Source: Nematostella vectensis (lineage: Eukaryota). Taken from it: 64,000 nt of DNA. Positions 1 through 13,919 of this stretch are shown here, piece after piece. The notes below the pieces were generated by a model that was not told the origin of the DNA, made no database searches, and saw nothing but the letters and a program-made list of their open reading frames with translations. Where the stretch lies: NCBI RefSeq assembly GCF_932526225.1, contig NC_064039.1, forward strand, positions 6,193,459 through 6,257,458, given 5' to 3'. The number at the start of each line of letters is the position of its first letter. Position 1 is the first letter of the stretch. Made by a program: the position numbers and the translations under genes.

Positions 1-139
1 ACTATTTTAGAAATTAGGTCACTAAATTTTCGCGATTTTGGGACAATAAAACAAGAAAAAGTGGGATTGACATGTGTTATAATAATCAAAATTGCAGCAA
101 AGAGTAATGTCCTTCGTATTGAATAATCATGTGAAAACC

Positions 140-990
140 CACTTGAAGTACCCTTTCTTCCTTATCGCTGAGTGTCTTGGTCACGCATGCGCGACGCTCA
201 ACATTAGCATGCAAGTTATAATGCGCCTTGCCATGAACTAGTAGCAATGAATGATACACTATTTTCTATTGATTTTTGAAGCTTGCACTTTGTGCGATAG
301 CTACTACATAAGTCATTGGGGCCACGTAAAAATGGTTCTATATAAACCAACTCGTGGATGCTGGTAGTATGTTTCCGTATATCTTAAAAAAAGGAAACCT
401 TTGGTGAAGAGAAACTTTCAGATTGATAATTGTATAAATTTATTACACTTAGCATTTACTAAATTTCTTAGAGTTTAAAAGAATGGGAACCCTGTTTATA
501 TAACTGGTGGCCGGCCATAAAGCGGAGGTCACAAATTCTTGGTCGTCACTGAAACAAAATTCTGGACTCAGGTCAAAAATTAATCACACTCCCTTGACGT
601 CTTCGTTTAGAACAAAGTCAAACAAAAGTTCCTCATCAGAGCAGAGTGTACAGGTGGTTATTTTTTGGTTTTATATAGGCCACCATCCCCTAGAACATTC
701 TAGCCAACGAGTTGATTATGACTGGGCTTCAATTAGAATCCACTTTTTCCGGGTTGATTCACTGTTATGCCACGATCGATAATTTGGACCGTTGCACTTG
801 AAGTGCTCCCGTTTTTCCTTGTAGCTGTAGGTTCTTGGTGACGCAACGCTTATTCCTAGCCTGTAAAGTTATCATGCACCTTGCCACAAAGTAATTGATA
901 CTGAAGAAATACGCGTTCTCTGCGCTAATTCTTTTGATAGCTGCACTTTAGCGTGGGGTAGATACTATGCCATTAGATCTAAACATAAGA
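140..990. repeat. Two diverged ~190-bp dispersed repeat copies (about 140-335 and 795-990)
   Basis: The two segments align colinearly at roughly 65% identity by eye (cttgaagt..cttggtcacgcatgcgc..gcgccttgcca..gatagct.cact). Confidence 0.4.
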
Positions 991-1470
991 AACGCAGAGT
1001 GTTTGGGAAGCTATTTGCTTTTGTTGTGCGGGCAAGGGGCGTAGCAGGCTACAATTGTTATTTTCGGATGATGGAGCCGGTTCGTGAAGAGCGGATGTGT
1101 GTGTCTTTTACATGTACCAAAATATGTATAAAGCGTTATATAATCTATTGCATGAGAAAAGACTATATTATACATTTTTTGAAATTTTTGTATTCAATTT
1201 TGGGTCTCCTGTGGCAAAAAAACACCCCGGTCTCTACTTCTCCTTAGTCTCCCTCCTTCTCAATTTCCCCACAGGTAGCCCGTGTGGACGAGGCTACTTA
1301 CAAGTATCAGTCAGCCTGTGGCAAATCGCGGGCGCAATGTTTATGTCTTTACTCACACAGGGAAAGAGACTTCGTTTTTTTATACATTTGGTCTCTATTT
1401 TTCTCGTTGACAGAGGTTAATGAGGATTGACATTTTTTTTAATTCCCCCTGTCGTGTATTGTCTTTGAAG

Positions 1471-4088
1471 ATGAGCAAAATTTTCGCCATTTCCGACTTG
1501 CATGTCGATATCCCAGCAAACAAACGCTGGGTCGAGTGTCTCTCGTCATCTCAATTCAGACATGACGTTATCATAGTAGCTGGTGACGTCACGGATAATA
1601 TGGAGTTATTGAAGCAAGTTTTGGGAAATCTGAAAATGAAATTTCGAGAAGTTTGCTATGTACCAGGTATGTCGGTGAAACACTTATCTTTTATCTTCTC
1701 TTAGTTGACTCACAAACATCACACTACAAGGGAGGCGGATTGGGTGGATATCCACCCCCCTTTTTGAGCAAAAAAATTGAAAAGTTACTTTGTTTGAAGT
1801 GCCATCGCCTGCTTGACTTTGCCGACGTGACAATTGAATTCAGCGTGAAGTATTGTTAGATCTGTGTGACATACCAAGAACCACTGGTTCGGTCACACCT
1901 ATCAGAAGATCGGAAAGGGGGGGGGGTGTGACTATGTACCTAGGGGAACGGGAATCTCCCAAAAATCACTTTTAAATATCCTATTCACTAGGTTGAAATA
2001 TGTCGCAAAGACTTCAAACTACATATACTGAAAAATAGCATATTTTTTTCACTCACATGAATTATAGACTGCCAACTACATTACCTCCATATGTTGTTGT
2101 GTTTTGCATGTTTAAGTGAAAAAACATAATTAATTTGTGCTGAACAATGGAATATTCTTCCATGGTCATGTGATATGTAACATGAAATTTGCTTTGTAAG
2201 CTGGTCATGTTGTAGGAGTTGGGTTAAAATAAAAAAGTAATTCGTACCCGATTATCACAGTTTTTCCTACGGTCACGCGACATGTGTGACGTCATGATTG
2301 ATTTTTTTATCCATATTGAAGGCAGCATAAACAATCCTTGGTCATCAAACACATCATCAGGACCCCAGGGTGTTGAGGTCATAGGCGTGAGAGCAAGGCA
2401 GACAGTCAAATAATAATGGCAACATGTTTGGGGTCATAGCTTGTAGGGGTCACAGGTTTAAGGCGTACTTGTCAGCTTTCCCGCATTAGGCGGGAGTCTC
2501 AAGATTTTGGACCCCTTCTCCCACTCTCCCGCGTTAAGCACAGAATCGTGACATGTGTGACGTCATGATTGATTTTTTTATCCATATTGAAGGCAGCATA
2601 AACAATCCTTGGTCATCAAACACATCCTCAGGATCCCAGGGTGTTGAGGTCATAGGCGTGAGAGCAAGGCAGACAGTCAAATAATCATGGCAACATGTTT
2701 GGGGTCATAGCTTGTAGGGGTCACAGTTTTTAGGCATACTTGTCAACTCTCCCACATTAGGCGGAAGTCTCAAGATTTTGGACCCCTTCTCCCACTCTCC
2801 CGCGTTAAGCACAGAATCTCCCGCTATTTAGCAATTTTTAACGCTTTTGAAAAATTATTCTATAGAAAAGCGTCATTTTGCCTATTTTCTATTAAAATAT
2901 TTAAAACAATAACTCCCTTGTGTAGCACAACTTATCTAAGACCCTCGTGAGATCTATAAGTGGATTTGTTCGTGAAGAGCTTTTCATACGACAAATGCCT
3001 GCAAGGTCATACCCACTCCTAAACCCAAAATGAATATACCCCACCCCTCCCCCAAAAAAATCAAGCCTTGAGATTTTCGGAGGTATGTTTAGGTCTTCAT
3101 TTTGTAGACACCTGACAGGAACATCAATGGGAGCATGCTCCTGAACAACTCCAAATGTGTAACATTTTCAGGTTTTATTTTCATTTGCTTAAGTCTTGCA
3201 ATCCCCAGCACTGTATTATTATATGTATAATTTTTTCTTTACTCTACTTAAGAAATGTCCCTTTTCTGCCCTTTATTTCAAATTTGCTGTCATGTGAGTT
3301 ATAATAGATGTTGCACTTTTAACAGAGTACAATTTATCAATTATTGTCTACATTTTCTTTAAGGTAACCATGAGTTATGGCTACGGACAAAGCAAGGATT
3401 TGTCCCAAAATACAAGAATTCAATTGATAAGTTTCATGACATTCTGAAGCTTTGCAGCAGTATCGGAGTCCACACTAAACCATTGAAAGTCAGCAACACA
3501 CACAGCAACCATGTATGGATTGTACCTCTGTTTTCTTGGTACACACAACCAGAAGAACATCCAAGTGACTCACTTTATGTTGCTAGAGAAAATGAAGACA
3601 TAGAATTTTCCAAAAAGGCTTGGATGGACAACCACTTCTGTGTATGGCCGGATCCTCTTGATGTTACCCCATCACAATTCTTCAAAAACTTGAACAAGGT
3701 TAACATCTCAACTATATATGACTCACCTGTAATATCATTTAGCCACTTTGTCCCTCGCTTTGATCTTATTCCTGCCTCTGACAGAGACTTGGAAAGGGTT
3801 CGAAATGAGAGGAGGGTACTTGGATTAGGTGATCTTGAGAACCCCACTGCACAAGGTTCTAACATAAAATTAAATTTTACCCGCTACGCAGGGTGTGTCA
3901 GTATTGAGGCCCAGATTAGGCAATTGGGATCAGTGATGCATGTGTTTGGCCACCAGCACCGTAACAGAGATTGCATGTTTGACAGTGTCCGTTATGTCTC
4001 ACACTGTCTTGGTTATCCAGCCGAACGTGATAAGGGGTTGATGTGGGGGTTGGCTGAGGATCAGGGGCCAAAACAGATTTGGCCTTGA
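1471..4088 (+). CDS. Metallophosphoesterase (calcineurin-like phosphoesterase) domain protein, 2 coding exons (1471-1666, 3364-4088)
   Basis: Exon 1 encodes MSKIFAISDLHVD...VIIVAGDVTD (the GDxHG and GDxxD metal-binding motifs). It ends at the donor CCAG|GTATGT in phase 1. Exon 2 follows the acceptor ctttaag| and completes the codon to give G-NHELW, the classic GNHE phosphoesterase motif. It then reads open to the stop at 4088 and contains GHQHRN (GHxH). The frame is continuous across the splice. Confidence 0.75.
2275..2820. repeat. Tandem duplication, ~273-bp unit x2
   Basis: Segments 2275-2547 and 2548-2820 are near-identical (cgtgacatgtgtgacgtcatgattgattttttta...cccgcgttaagcacagaatc). They lie in intron 1 of the phosphoesterase gene. 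Confidence 0.9.
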
Positions 4089-5214
4089 GGTAGTATAACC
4101 AGCAAAATCTAACCATCTTATTTTATATCTGATGGGTTCATAATTAAATTTCCAAATTTCCCAAAAACAAATAAGCTCTATGAAAAAGAACAAGCAGACC
4201 TTACCTAAAAGGGGGGTATGAATAGGTTCGCAGCTACACTTGCAGGTTATTTAAAATTGTAATATTGGGGGCATGCCCCCCCCCCCCGCTACAGTCCTTT
4301 AGAGCACTAAATTGTCTAAAATGGTACCAAACAAACCTTACTTAGAAATGATATAGGGATTTATAAGGTGCTAGAATTGTTTTTAAGAACAAATACTATA
4401 AAAAAATAACACAACCTTTGCTGAAAATAGTTCTCATTCTTGAATGTGTTCAATGTGAACTAAAAAAAAAAAAAAAAAAAAAAGTGTGTATGGGACACAA
4501 TTTTTGAGTAACCCTAAAAAATGGTCAGAGACTGCCATGAAGATAATTTTTGCAGGGAATCACAGATATTCAAATTGGACTGCATACAATGCTTTTATAA
4601 CATCCCATAACTCAATAATTTCCTTGGAAGAGTATCCATTACAGACACTGCAGGTTTTATACACTATCAGGATAGAACTTCCCTATGGTATTTAACCCTG
4701 TATTCAACCCTCATTTATTCGATTTTGAAGGTAAGCTTGATTAAAAATTTCAAGAGGATATAATATTTTGAATTTCTACATAAAGTGGCAATTGCAGCTG
4801 TTTACTTCTGGCAGACCAACAGAAACCTCAACTGATAAAAGAATCTATGAGAATCTGTACTATTTCAAATCTGCTAAATCATCAGACACCCTCGAAGAAA
4901 CTTCTAGACATACAGATTTTACAATTTTGAAATATATTTGGTGTTTTCCACTTAAAATCATTTCAGGTTGTTACATAATTGACCAGAAGTACATACACTG
5001 GCAAGATTGCTGCTTTAAATGATGGTCTATCAAGTCTACTACAAATAATTCTTCTACATTTCATATTTCTAATAATAACCAAAGGACGGCTGTAGGTGTA
5101 AATTGGCTATAGATTGCTATAGGCGAATTGGATTGTGACAATGTTAGTCCATAAAAGCGCCTCATTTCCCACCATTCAAATCAGTTCCCAACAGTTAAAA
5201 TATTATTGTCATTT

Positions 5215-8200
5215 TTAGTTTCCCTGTGTGGCAGGAATTTCATGATACTCAGATTCTTCTGTTGTTAGGTGCAAAAAATGCTTGAAGAACTCGTAGACTG
5301 ACCAACAAATAGCACATGATGGCATTTGAAAAATAACCCTAGCTTGGAGCCCCTGGAAGTAGCCAGGGAAGCCCCGCATCTGATAGATGGTCCTGAATGC
5401 AGTGAACATGCCGCTCACATAGTACACATGTCCTTTTGGTGTACCAACAAGATTGACAACACTTCGCTCTTGCGTGTTCAGTAATGTCTTTGCAACATCA
5501 AGAGGAGTAGTAATAGCAGATGCAACGGCACCCGCTGTTGCTCCAGCTATGACATGAGTCTTTGGGTCATAGCCTCCAAGTGGGTTTAATGCCTTTCGGG
5601 CATATTCATACACCGTAAAGTGTAGAGTTTGGAAGGGAATGTTCATTGATAGCTGGGTAGTGTAACTGCGGTAGAAAGCCCTAATTCCTTCCTCCTTGAA
5701 TACTGATGTTGCACAGTGGATCACACCCCTGTAAGGGCTGCCATACATCTGGAGACGTTGCTTGATCACTTAGCCAGAAGAAAAAAAAAATGGAGTCAAC
5801 ATGACATAAATGATCAAATAAATGTCATGTCAACAAAGGTGGTGGGACACCTTAATGGGATGGGGGGTCAATATAAACGACCATGTTAAATTAAAGATCA
5901 CATCAGGGTGGAGGGAGGGGGAGCATGGGGAGGGGGGGTGGATAATGTCAACCCCTTTGAGAAAAAAATGTAAATAAAAAACAACAATATCATGTTATAT
6001 TCAAGTTTGGTAAACAAATTCAGACAAGTCAAGCTAGACCAAGGCAAAAGAGGGAAATCAAGAGAGTTGGTTTGGGATGCATACAATAAAAATAGAAATA
6101 GATATAGAGTTTCAGAGTCTTACCCTCAATTGGGTTCATTGCACCATCATGAAACACTGTAGCACAAGCTCCAGCAAGTACTGCAAGCAAACAAACACAA
6201 ATCAGCCACCCTAAGCATTGTACAAAATGCAGATATGATAATACTATATTTACTGGTTTTTGGCCCTGTCACAGTAGAGCTCAAAGACAAAAATAAAAAG
6301 AAAGTGAATAAAATAGCAGTTTTAAAAATAAATGTTGTCTGTATTTTGTGTATAAATGTTTTCTTGTACTGTACACATGGTTTGTGCACAGTCGTGATCA
6401 TGAAACAGGGCTGTTCAACCTTAGACAGCACCTAATGTCCTTCAAAGTTTTCTTAACAAGTCTCCTCTACAAGCTATGATGTCATATACATGAAACAATC
6501 TGACATGAAACAATCCCGACTCTAATCAACATAGCATTTTATATGCTGAAAAGAATGCTAGCTGTATTGTTTCAATTTTGCATCTAGACAGCACCTAATA
6601 TCCTTCAAAGTTTTCTTAACAAGTCTCCTCTACAAGCTATGATGTCATATACATGAAACAATCTGACATGAAACAATCCCCTGACTCTAATCACAATAGC
6701 ATCTTATATGCTGAAAAGAATGCTAGCTGTATTGTTTCAATTTTGCATCAAGTGTCTTCTAGAAACAACTTAAGTCAGTCAACATACTCTAAATAAATTC
6801 ATAAACTGTGCAAGTTGCAGCAAAGGTGGCATTATATATTTTAAGCCCTCTTTCAAGAGGATTGATCATGATTTCCAAGAAAAAAAAGTACAAAATTATC
6901 AATGAACATATGCATACCATAAGCAGTAGGGCTTAAGAGGATCTTTCAAGAGGATTGATCATGATTTCCAAGAAAAAAAAGTACAAAATTATCATTGAAC
7001 ATATGCATACCATAAGCAGTAGGGCTATGTGTTGTGTTATTTCCAATCAGGAGTTTCTTGATGGCTTCATAGGAGCTAAAATACAAGGCGTGGGCAGGGC
7101 CAGCACCCATCGCCACAATGTTGATTCCACGCAGAGGAGCCAAGATACCTTCTGACTGTATCATCTTTTTAATAGCATGAATCATATTGTTGTATTGTGC
7201 ATTTGGATTAGGCTTTAAGCTCTGCATTCTTGTCTGTGAATAAAAAAAAATACTTATTTATACATAATATTAGAGATAAAGCAATCATCCATCCCTGAAA
7301 TACAATGGTCTATTCATAAAATCAAATAAATTTATAACAAATCTCAGCTTCAATCAGCCAATGGAAATAAACACTTAATTTTTTTTTGTTCTTCCAGGGG
7401 GTAGTGCCTAGGATTGCTTTGAGAGGTTGTAATGAATGCCTAAATACTGTACTATGAAACCTCTAGCTTAGGATTGCTTTGAGAGCTTGTAATGAATGCC
7501 TAAATACTGTACTACGAAACCTCTAGCCTAGGATTGCTTTGAGAGGTTGTAATGAATGCCTAAATACTGTACTATGAAACCTCTAGCCTAGGATTGCTTT
7601 GAGAGGTTGTAATGAATGCCTAAATACTGTAATATGAAACCTCTAGCCTAGGATTGCTTTGAGAGGTTGTAATGGATGCCTAAATACTGTACTATGAAAC
7701 CTCTAGCCTAGGATTGCTTTGAGAGGTTGTAATGAATGCCTAAATACTGTACTATGAAACCTCTAGCCTAGGATTGCTTTGAGAGGATGTAATGAATGCC
7801 TAAATACTGTACTATGACACCTATAGCCTAGGACTGCTTTGAGAGATGAATGCCTAAATACTGTACTATGAAACCTCTAGCCTAGGACTGCTTTGAGAAA
7901 TGAATGCCTAAATACTGTACTATGAAACCTCTAGCCTAGGATTGCTTTGAGAGATGAATGCCTAAATACTGTACTATGAAACCTCTAGCCTAGGATTGCT
8001 TTGAGAGGTTGTAATGAATACCTAAATACTGTACTATGAAACCTCTAGCCTAGGATTGCTTTGAGAGATGAATGCCTAAATACTGTACTATGAAACCTCT
8101 AGTCTAGGATTGCTTTGAGAGGTTGTAATGAATGCCTAAATACTGTACTATGAAATCTCTAGCCTAGGATTGCTTTGAGAGGTTGTAATGAATGCCTAAA

Positions 8201-10855
8201 TACTGTACTATGTACCCTCTAGCACAATAGAACGTTCACAAAGTTTATGATTATTAGAATTTTCTTGGGATATGGTATGTAACCAATTTTTCAGTCTTAT
8301 TGTAAAACATTTAATAAATTTAATGAAAAGTAAATAATTAATATTCAGGGTTCACTATGGGGCTGCATAAGGGTGCTGGATCACAGGACTGTGGGACTGT
8401 AGCTCTAACATTTCCATGACTCAATTGTGGGAATGCAGGAGCAATCTGCTTATTGACTTCCAAATATGGGCATGAACTGAAGTTGCTCCAATACTGCTGT
8501 TTTTGTTGTTCTTTTGACAAGGATTGTATATACTTAGTGAACAATGATTGAGTAGAAAAAAAATACAACCACAAACAATTACACTACTTGGTAATTTGAG
8601 ATATATCACATGTACATCAAAAAGGCATCAGATACAGATATCAGATACAACTCTGAAAAAATACTCATATTAATTCACTGCTTTATAATGCACTGACAAT
8701 TTCCAAAAACTAAATCTCCTTCTGGCTTCTGTCATTCAAAATCCTTGTAGCAAATTCAAGACCAGCACTAAAATGTTTTCAGATCATGTCACCTCTGCAT
8801 GGTGGTGACCAATCAGTTTGAATGATGAAAACCAGGTGATTTACCTTGGAAATTATAAGTGAGAGTTTGCAGGATATTAACAGCTGCAGTAACTGATAAA
8901 TTCATAATCTCAAATGAATATATCCCTTAGAGGATCGACAGTACTTTTGTGTATTTAAAACCTCAAGCTTAATAGCTGTGTTCTTTCCAGGGGCACAGTG
9001 AGATGCCAGACATGAGCTTTGATAACAAGAGGTGACTTGTGCTAACAGATCACATCTTTTTGGGTGGCAAACTTGAATGCGGTCAAGCTTTTAATGGCAC
9101 AAAAGACAACGTCTCTAGTGCTTACAAATAAGCCAGAAATGGGCTTATTTATACTGAAAGATTTTATTTTTTTGTCATTCTATGGCATGATAGGCATTTT
9201 CATCTTTTTTGACTTGAATTTACCACTCAAAAAGTCATGTTCCAGTTAGTGCAAGTCACCTATATAGCATTCATAAACACAACTGATTATATGTTTAATT
9301 TAAAAATAGGTTACTTCCCCAAACATTTAACAGGATATTTCAATTGAACTCTCAAATTCACGATTATTACACGAGAAGCTCTAACTTGTTCCATATTTCA
9401 AAGTTTAGAACAAATATACATAAGTTTGCGTTAAGACATCAGGGACCTAATATTTCAATTCATTGTCTTCCGATATTCAGTCTGCCAAAACGCTTAACTC
9501 TTTTTGTAATAAGTTAAAGACTTCTCTTATTAACTCTTAATTTTTTTTTCTTTCTCGATTTGTGTTTGTGTGTGTGTGTGTTTTTTTATATAAGTATGAA
9601 AAAAAAATATGAAAGCTCTCCTACCAAATATTTATATGATTAATCTGACTGTCCGAACTATCAAATATGTATTTTCTGTTAAGATTTAGGAGGTCCGTCT
9701 CATATAAGCCTTGCGGTTTCTTACGGTCCTCCTTGTTACACTATGTAAATTATTATAATTATCTTTATTTAAAAAAATGTATTAAGTGACAAAACAATAA
9801 ACTGAACTGAACTGAACTGTTTCGACCATCTGCTTTACAATGAACGAACATCCCATAATATAATCCTTACACAGGTAGCCCGGTCTTAACACAGGTAGCC
9901 CGGACAATACAACCTATACTTAGTACATACTGTATCTTGCAAACCTCTCTGACTGGCACAGACTGCTGCTATCAGGTTTAACTATCCTATATTTGGATTT
10001 GTAGTTGTGGGATAGGCCGTTGTGAAATATTCATTCAAAAGTTTTTTTTTTCTATAACATACGAAAGAGGGTTAGAATTCCATGGAGGTACCTCAACATT
10101 TTTTTCTGATAAAATATGAAGTGCATAAAAACTTTACGATACCCATTTGTGAAATTATATCCATCGAAATTACGTTACGTCATGTTTTTTTTTTCTTCTC
10201 TCGACAATATTCATGGTCCTAATCTGATAGTATAAAATAGATGATAGTATAAAAAGTAAACAAGCGGTGCTTTAAGAAAGGTTAAGACCTCGTAGACCCT
10301 TGAATTATGTAACCAAACGTTATACATCCACGTCCTGTACAACTGTATCATCTATTTCACGTGGCTCGTTAGATAGGTATGGGAAGAGAACAATCCCGGC
10401 AACTTTATAGTATAAAAGTTGGACACCAAATTTTAAGTATCTATGATCTTTGAATGGTGTTTTCACTTCAGAATTCCAAAACCTTGGCTTCTAGAGGGGA
10501 TCGAGCTCTGCATAATGCTTATAAACCAGGGTTTGATTGCTCAATACTACAAGTTGTGAAAGAGGTTTCTCACTTGTAACTCCGTATTTGAAGATATTTT
10601 TTGCTCCGTGGTATTACAAGATTCAAGCATTTATGGGTATAAAATCAATGAATGTCGGTACCACCATACTTTATCGAAGACATGGTAGTATAAATAGGGT
10701 AAGAACGTCTTAAGTCTTCAAACAAATGACCGACTAACCTTGACACAATCTACAGGGTACATAACACAGTGTTCCATCACCCCAGCTGCCCCTCCAGCTA
10801 AAAGATGAACAGAAACTCGCTCAGTTGGTAAGCTCTCATAGTCAGAATCCTCCAT
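5215..10855 (-). CDS. mfrn: Mitoferrin (mitochondrial iron carrier, SLC25A37/SLC25A28 ortholog); coding exons 10739-10855, 7011-7233, 6124-6180, 5215-5768
   Basis: The hand-spliced protein is [39 protein letters not shown] | [66 protein letters not shown] | [19 protein letters not shown] | [47 protein letters not shown]...[14 protein letters not shown]...[30 protein letters not shown]. This aligns closely with the human mitoferrin-1 motifs ([94 protein letters not shown]). All junctions use GT donors and AG acceptors, and the phases 0/1/1 close. The coding total is 951 nt (316 aa plus stop). Confidence 0.9.
6422..6750. repeat. Tandem duplication, ~165-bp unit x2 (intronic)
   Basis: The segment agacagcacctaatgtccttcaaagttttcttaacaagtctcctctacaagctatgatgtcatatacatgaaacaatctgacatg... 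occurs twice in tandem. Confidence 0.85.
6846..7024. repeat. Local tandem duplication (~89 bp x2) that copies the intron start of mitoferrin exon 2
   Basis: The segment ccctctttcaagaggattgatcatgatttccaagaaaaaaaagtacaaaattatcaatgaacatatgcataccataagcagtagggct is repeated at 6846-6934 and 6936-7024. The second copy abuts the exon-2 donor (7009-7010). Confidence 0.8.
7398..8220. repeat. Minisatellite, ~60-bp unit (cctaggattgctttgagaggttgtaatgaatgcctaaatactgtactatgaaacctctagc), ~14 copies including shorter 48-bp variants
   Basis: The tandem periodicity is directly visible. The array lies in mitoferrin intron 1. Confidence 0.95.
9559..9592. repeat. (TG)n microsatellite followed by poly-T
   Basis: The sequence reads gtgtttgtgtgtgtgtgtgttttttt. 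Confidence 0.8.
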
Positions 10856-10899
10856 AACGGCAAAGAAACTGCGAGGAAACCCGCACGGCTAAAAGCAAG

Positions 10900-11060
10900 G
10901 TTACTCTGAAATCACCCTCGCGCCATATTGAAATAAGGCTTCGCTATCGGTCAAGTGTGACACACTGTGAACGGTCGGGTCTCGACCAATCAGAGCGCGA
11001 GTTTGCCGTTCACGTTGCTTCTCCTCGTTCACGTGTTCACAGTAGGTTTTGACGAGTTCA
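10900..11060 (-). promoter_or_regulatory. Putative mitoferrin promoter / 5' UTR region with a CCAAT box (10985-10992)
   Basis: The region is GC-rich and lies immediately upstream of the mitoferrin ATG (10855, minus strand). The motif ccaatcagagcgcgag is present. No TATA box was identified. Confidence 0.3.
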
Positions 11061-12427
11061 ACAGACTGGTCTTGAGTTCTAATCTAATCAATTCGGATTC
11101 ATACACAAGTCTACTTACCACCAATTAATCTGGAATTTGGACTTTTGAGCGGGGAATACTTGTCAAATCTTGTCTCATATTTGTTGACAGGTTTAAAAAG
11201 TCCTGGTATTTTTGTATGTTTTGTCTGCTAGTTTTGTCTGCTCTTTTGCTCAATAGACAATACACTTCAAAGTGAAAAAGTGTCTTGGACCCCAGGAAAG
11301 CGCAAAGGAGAAATGCTAGTCCCCTCAAGCAACTCTCTGGAATGTTTACAGTATTTTGGGTTCAAGGTTAACGCAGTTAAAAACAGCAGGATACAAACAG
11401 TTAAAACCCCATACCCCGTTGAGTGCCATGCGACACATTCTTTGCCTGTTTGATTCAGCTTTGATTGCAATGTCTAATGACCTATAGCTCTTTATTTTTA
11501 TCAATGAAAGCGTCTTTCATTCCTTAACGTATCCTGGGGGATGCACGTGGAAGTATTTGACCCTCGTCATCACGATTCATAGTCATGGACAATCAGGGGA
11601 GAGATAAAGAAAAGGCCGGGTTTGGTTGCTGTATGGATTCGTCGTATAATAAAAAGTCAAAAAAAGTTAGAGGGAAGTTAGAGGGAGTTAGAGGGATACT
11701 CTAGCTATCTCTACAGCTATATCTCTGCCATCATAAGTGGACAAAGTAGACCAAAGACACTCAGCGGGTGTCTTAATCTCTTCCAAATGTCAACATCCCG
11801 AAATGCCCTCCAAAGTTGATACTTTTTAATCGAATAAACAGCGGATTTGAAATCAGAATTTATAACAATATCAAATGTTAATAAAAACGCACCAAGTTTT
11901 CTCTTTTTTTTTTTTACAAGCAATAGAGTACACGTTTATGCAACGGGTACACGCTTATGGTCCTCGCTTGCACTGTCCAGCCGTCATAAGAAATTGGGCA
12001 ACGTCCTACGGAGAAAAGACAAATAAAATTAATCCTGGGAAGATTGTTTTTAAAAAGCTATAAGGCTATTCATAAGGTATGGGGGTGCAAAACAGTAGTA
12101 TGTCATTTGCCCTCTTATTATTAAACCAACAGGAAGAATGAGTAGAAAATATTCTTGGTTTGGCGATATTTTTTTGCGTTTCTAAAACTAAGGCACCCGT
12201 GATCTAAACGCTTAATGCAGGTGTGCTCTTATTTAGGAGGTAAAGCATCGTCCAAGATAGCTTATGCGTAGCAATATTTTTTGCGCAGTCAAACCCTTCA
12301 AATCTGGACTCCTCGTTCGTGAAACCGCAGGAGGGTATCCATGGACCCCTGATGAACAATCGATTTATCAAATAACGTGATAATGCTCGTAGAAAGCAGA
12401 AACTGTTGGCCTCTAGGGAAAAAAATG

Positions 12428-12720
12428 GTCTGAAGGGAATTGGATATGCCTGCCCGTTGGTAGCAATATTCAATCATTTCTTTTTAGGTTACATTGACTA
12501 AATATTTTGTTTAATCTTTATTTTTGGATTCAATCTTTTCATTATATTCAATCTCTTTTACTTTTCCATTCAATCTTTTTAGGTCAAAGCAGTAGAAATG
12601 TATTACTATATTTTCTTTTGGTCGAATAATTCCGTTTTTATTCAATCCTTATAGCATTTTATTCAATCTTTTATTATTATTCAATCTTCCTGGGGCGAGC
12701 GCGGCGAATCTATAGTTTAT
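12428..12720. repeat. Left inverted-repeat arm, with ~9 attcaatc-type subrepeats
   Basis: This arm is the reverse complement of the right arm. Confidence 0.8.
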
Positions 12721-12841
12721 GTGGACTTTAGAAGCACACTAGCATACACACATTGGCACCAGTCGGGCCAAGACGGGACGCTAGCACAGTCTATTACCCG
12801 TGCAGTTCGGCAACCATGGACAGCTGTTTCGTCCTTATTAG

Positions 12842-13919
12842 GACTCGTCAGCATGGCATAGCCGGTTTGCCTTAGTTAAACTTCAATCGCGCGATACACT
12901 CATTATTTCCGGTTCCGGTACATACATATCAAGCCATGGGCACTCCACTGGAGAGCCTTTCATGTCAGGCCACTTTAGGTCGTTGGGATTAAACATACAA
13001 AGGAGACGAATAAGGGAAGCCATCAACAGAGTTGATCCCCAAAACACAGCATTACGATGGGGTGCCTTGGTTAGTAGAAGAACCTACTTTGTTCCATGGC
13101 CTAATTCACTTTGGCACTTGGATGGACATCACTCCCTCATACAGTGGAAGTTTGTGATACATGGCTGCTGCGATGGTAAATCTCGTAAGATTATGTTTTT
13201 AAGATGCAGCACAAACAATCTTGCAGAAACTGTATTAGATCTGTTCAAAGGTGCTATCAAGGACAATTTAGGGCTGTGGCCATCTCGTATCCGTGTGGAT
13301 TATGGTGTGGAAAATGTCCTGTGATGAACTGGTTGCACACAGAGGAGAAGGTCGTGGCAGTTATGTTGCCGGTTCATCTACAAGAAACCAACGTATCGAA
13401 AGACTGTGGAGAGATTTATTTAGATGTTGCCAGTTTTGTCAGTTTTTCTATTACCTCTTTTATGCTATGGAGCAAACTGGGTTACTAGATCTTGAGAATC
13501 CTATCCATTTATTTACATTACACCTTGTTTTTACACAAAGAATAAACACTGCTTTGAATGACTTCAAGGAAATGTTCAACAACCACAAGCTATCCACTGA
13601 ACATGGATGGACCCTTAACCAGATCTGGATGAATGGGATGCTAGATCAGAGCAACCCACTGAATACCGATAGCGATCTCGACGCTGATGTCCAATTTAAC
13701 CACTCATATGGTGAAGATCCAGGTGGTCCAAGACCCATGTTTGATGCTGAAGATGGTGTCGTCATTGAGCCAGTCCAAATTGGGTGCAATACGGATATAA
13801 TTGGTAGCTATATACTTCAGGTTATTGATGTAAATCGACCATCAAGCCAGGCTGGTATTGATATATACTCAGCTGCTTTGGCATTAGTTGTCCAAAAGCT
13901 TGAAGAACATTTCTTGTGA
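12842..13919 (+). pseudogene. rve-family (retroviral-type DDE) integrase/transposase core, frameshifted and N-terminally truncated
   Basis: Frame 2 reads ...RRTYFVPWPNSLWHLDGHHSLIQWKFVIHGCCDGKSRKIMFL...LWPSRIRVDYGVENV. Frame 0 then reads SSTRNQRIERLWRDL... This matches the integrase-core pattern, with D in WHLD, D in CDGKSR, E in GVEN, and the NQ-x-ERxW helix. The 1-bp frame change lies near 13320. An in-frame stop sits upstream at 12839-12841 and there is no ATG-initiated N-terminal DNA-binding domain. Confidence 0.7.

Noticed and set aside
7398-8220. CRISPR-like regular repeat arrays (also 43540-44940 and 46040-48160)
   Set aside because: The arrays have no unique spacers, because the whole unit repeats. 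They are intronic in eukaryotic genes, and there are no cas genes. They are minisatellites or satellites.
8338-8609. Minus-strand ORFs once suspected to be the first mitoferrin exon
   Set aside because: There is no carrier motif in any frame. The true first exon (MEDSDYESL...YPVDCVK) is at 10739-10855.
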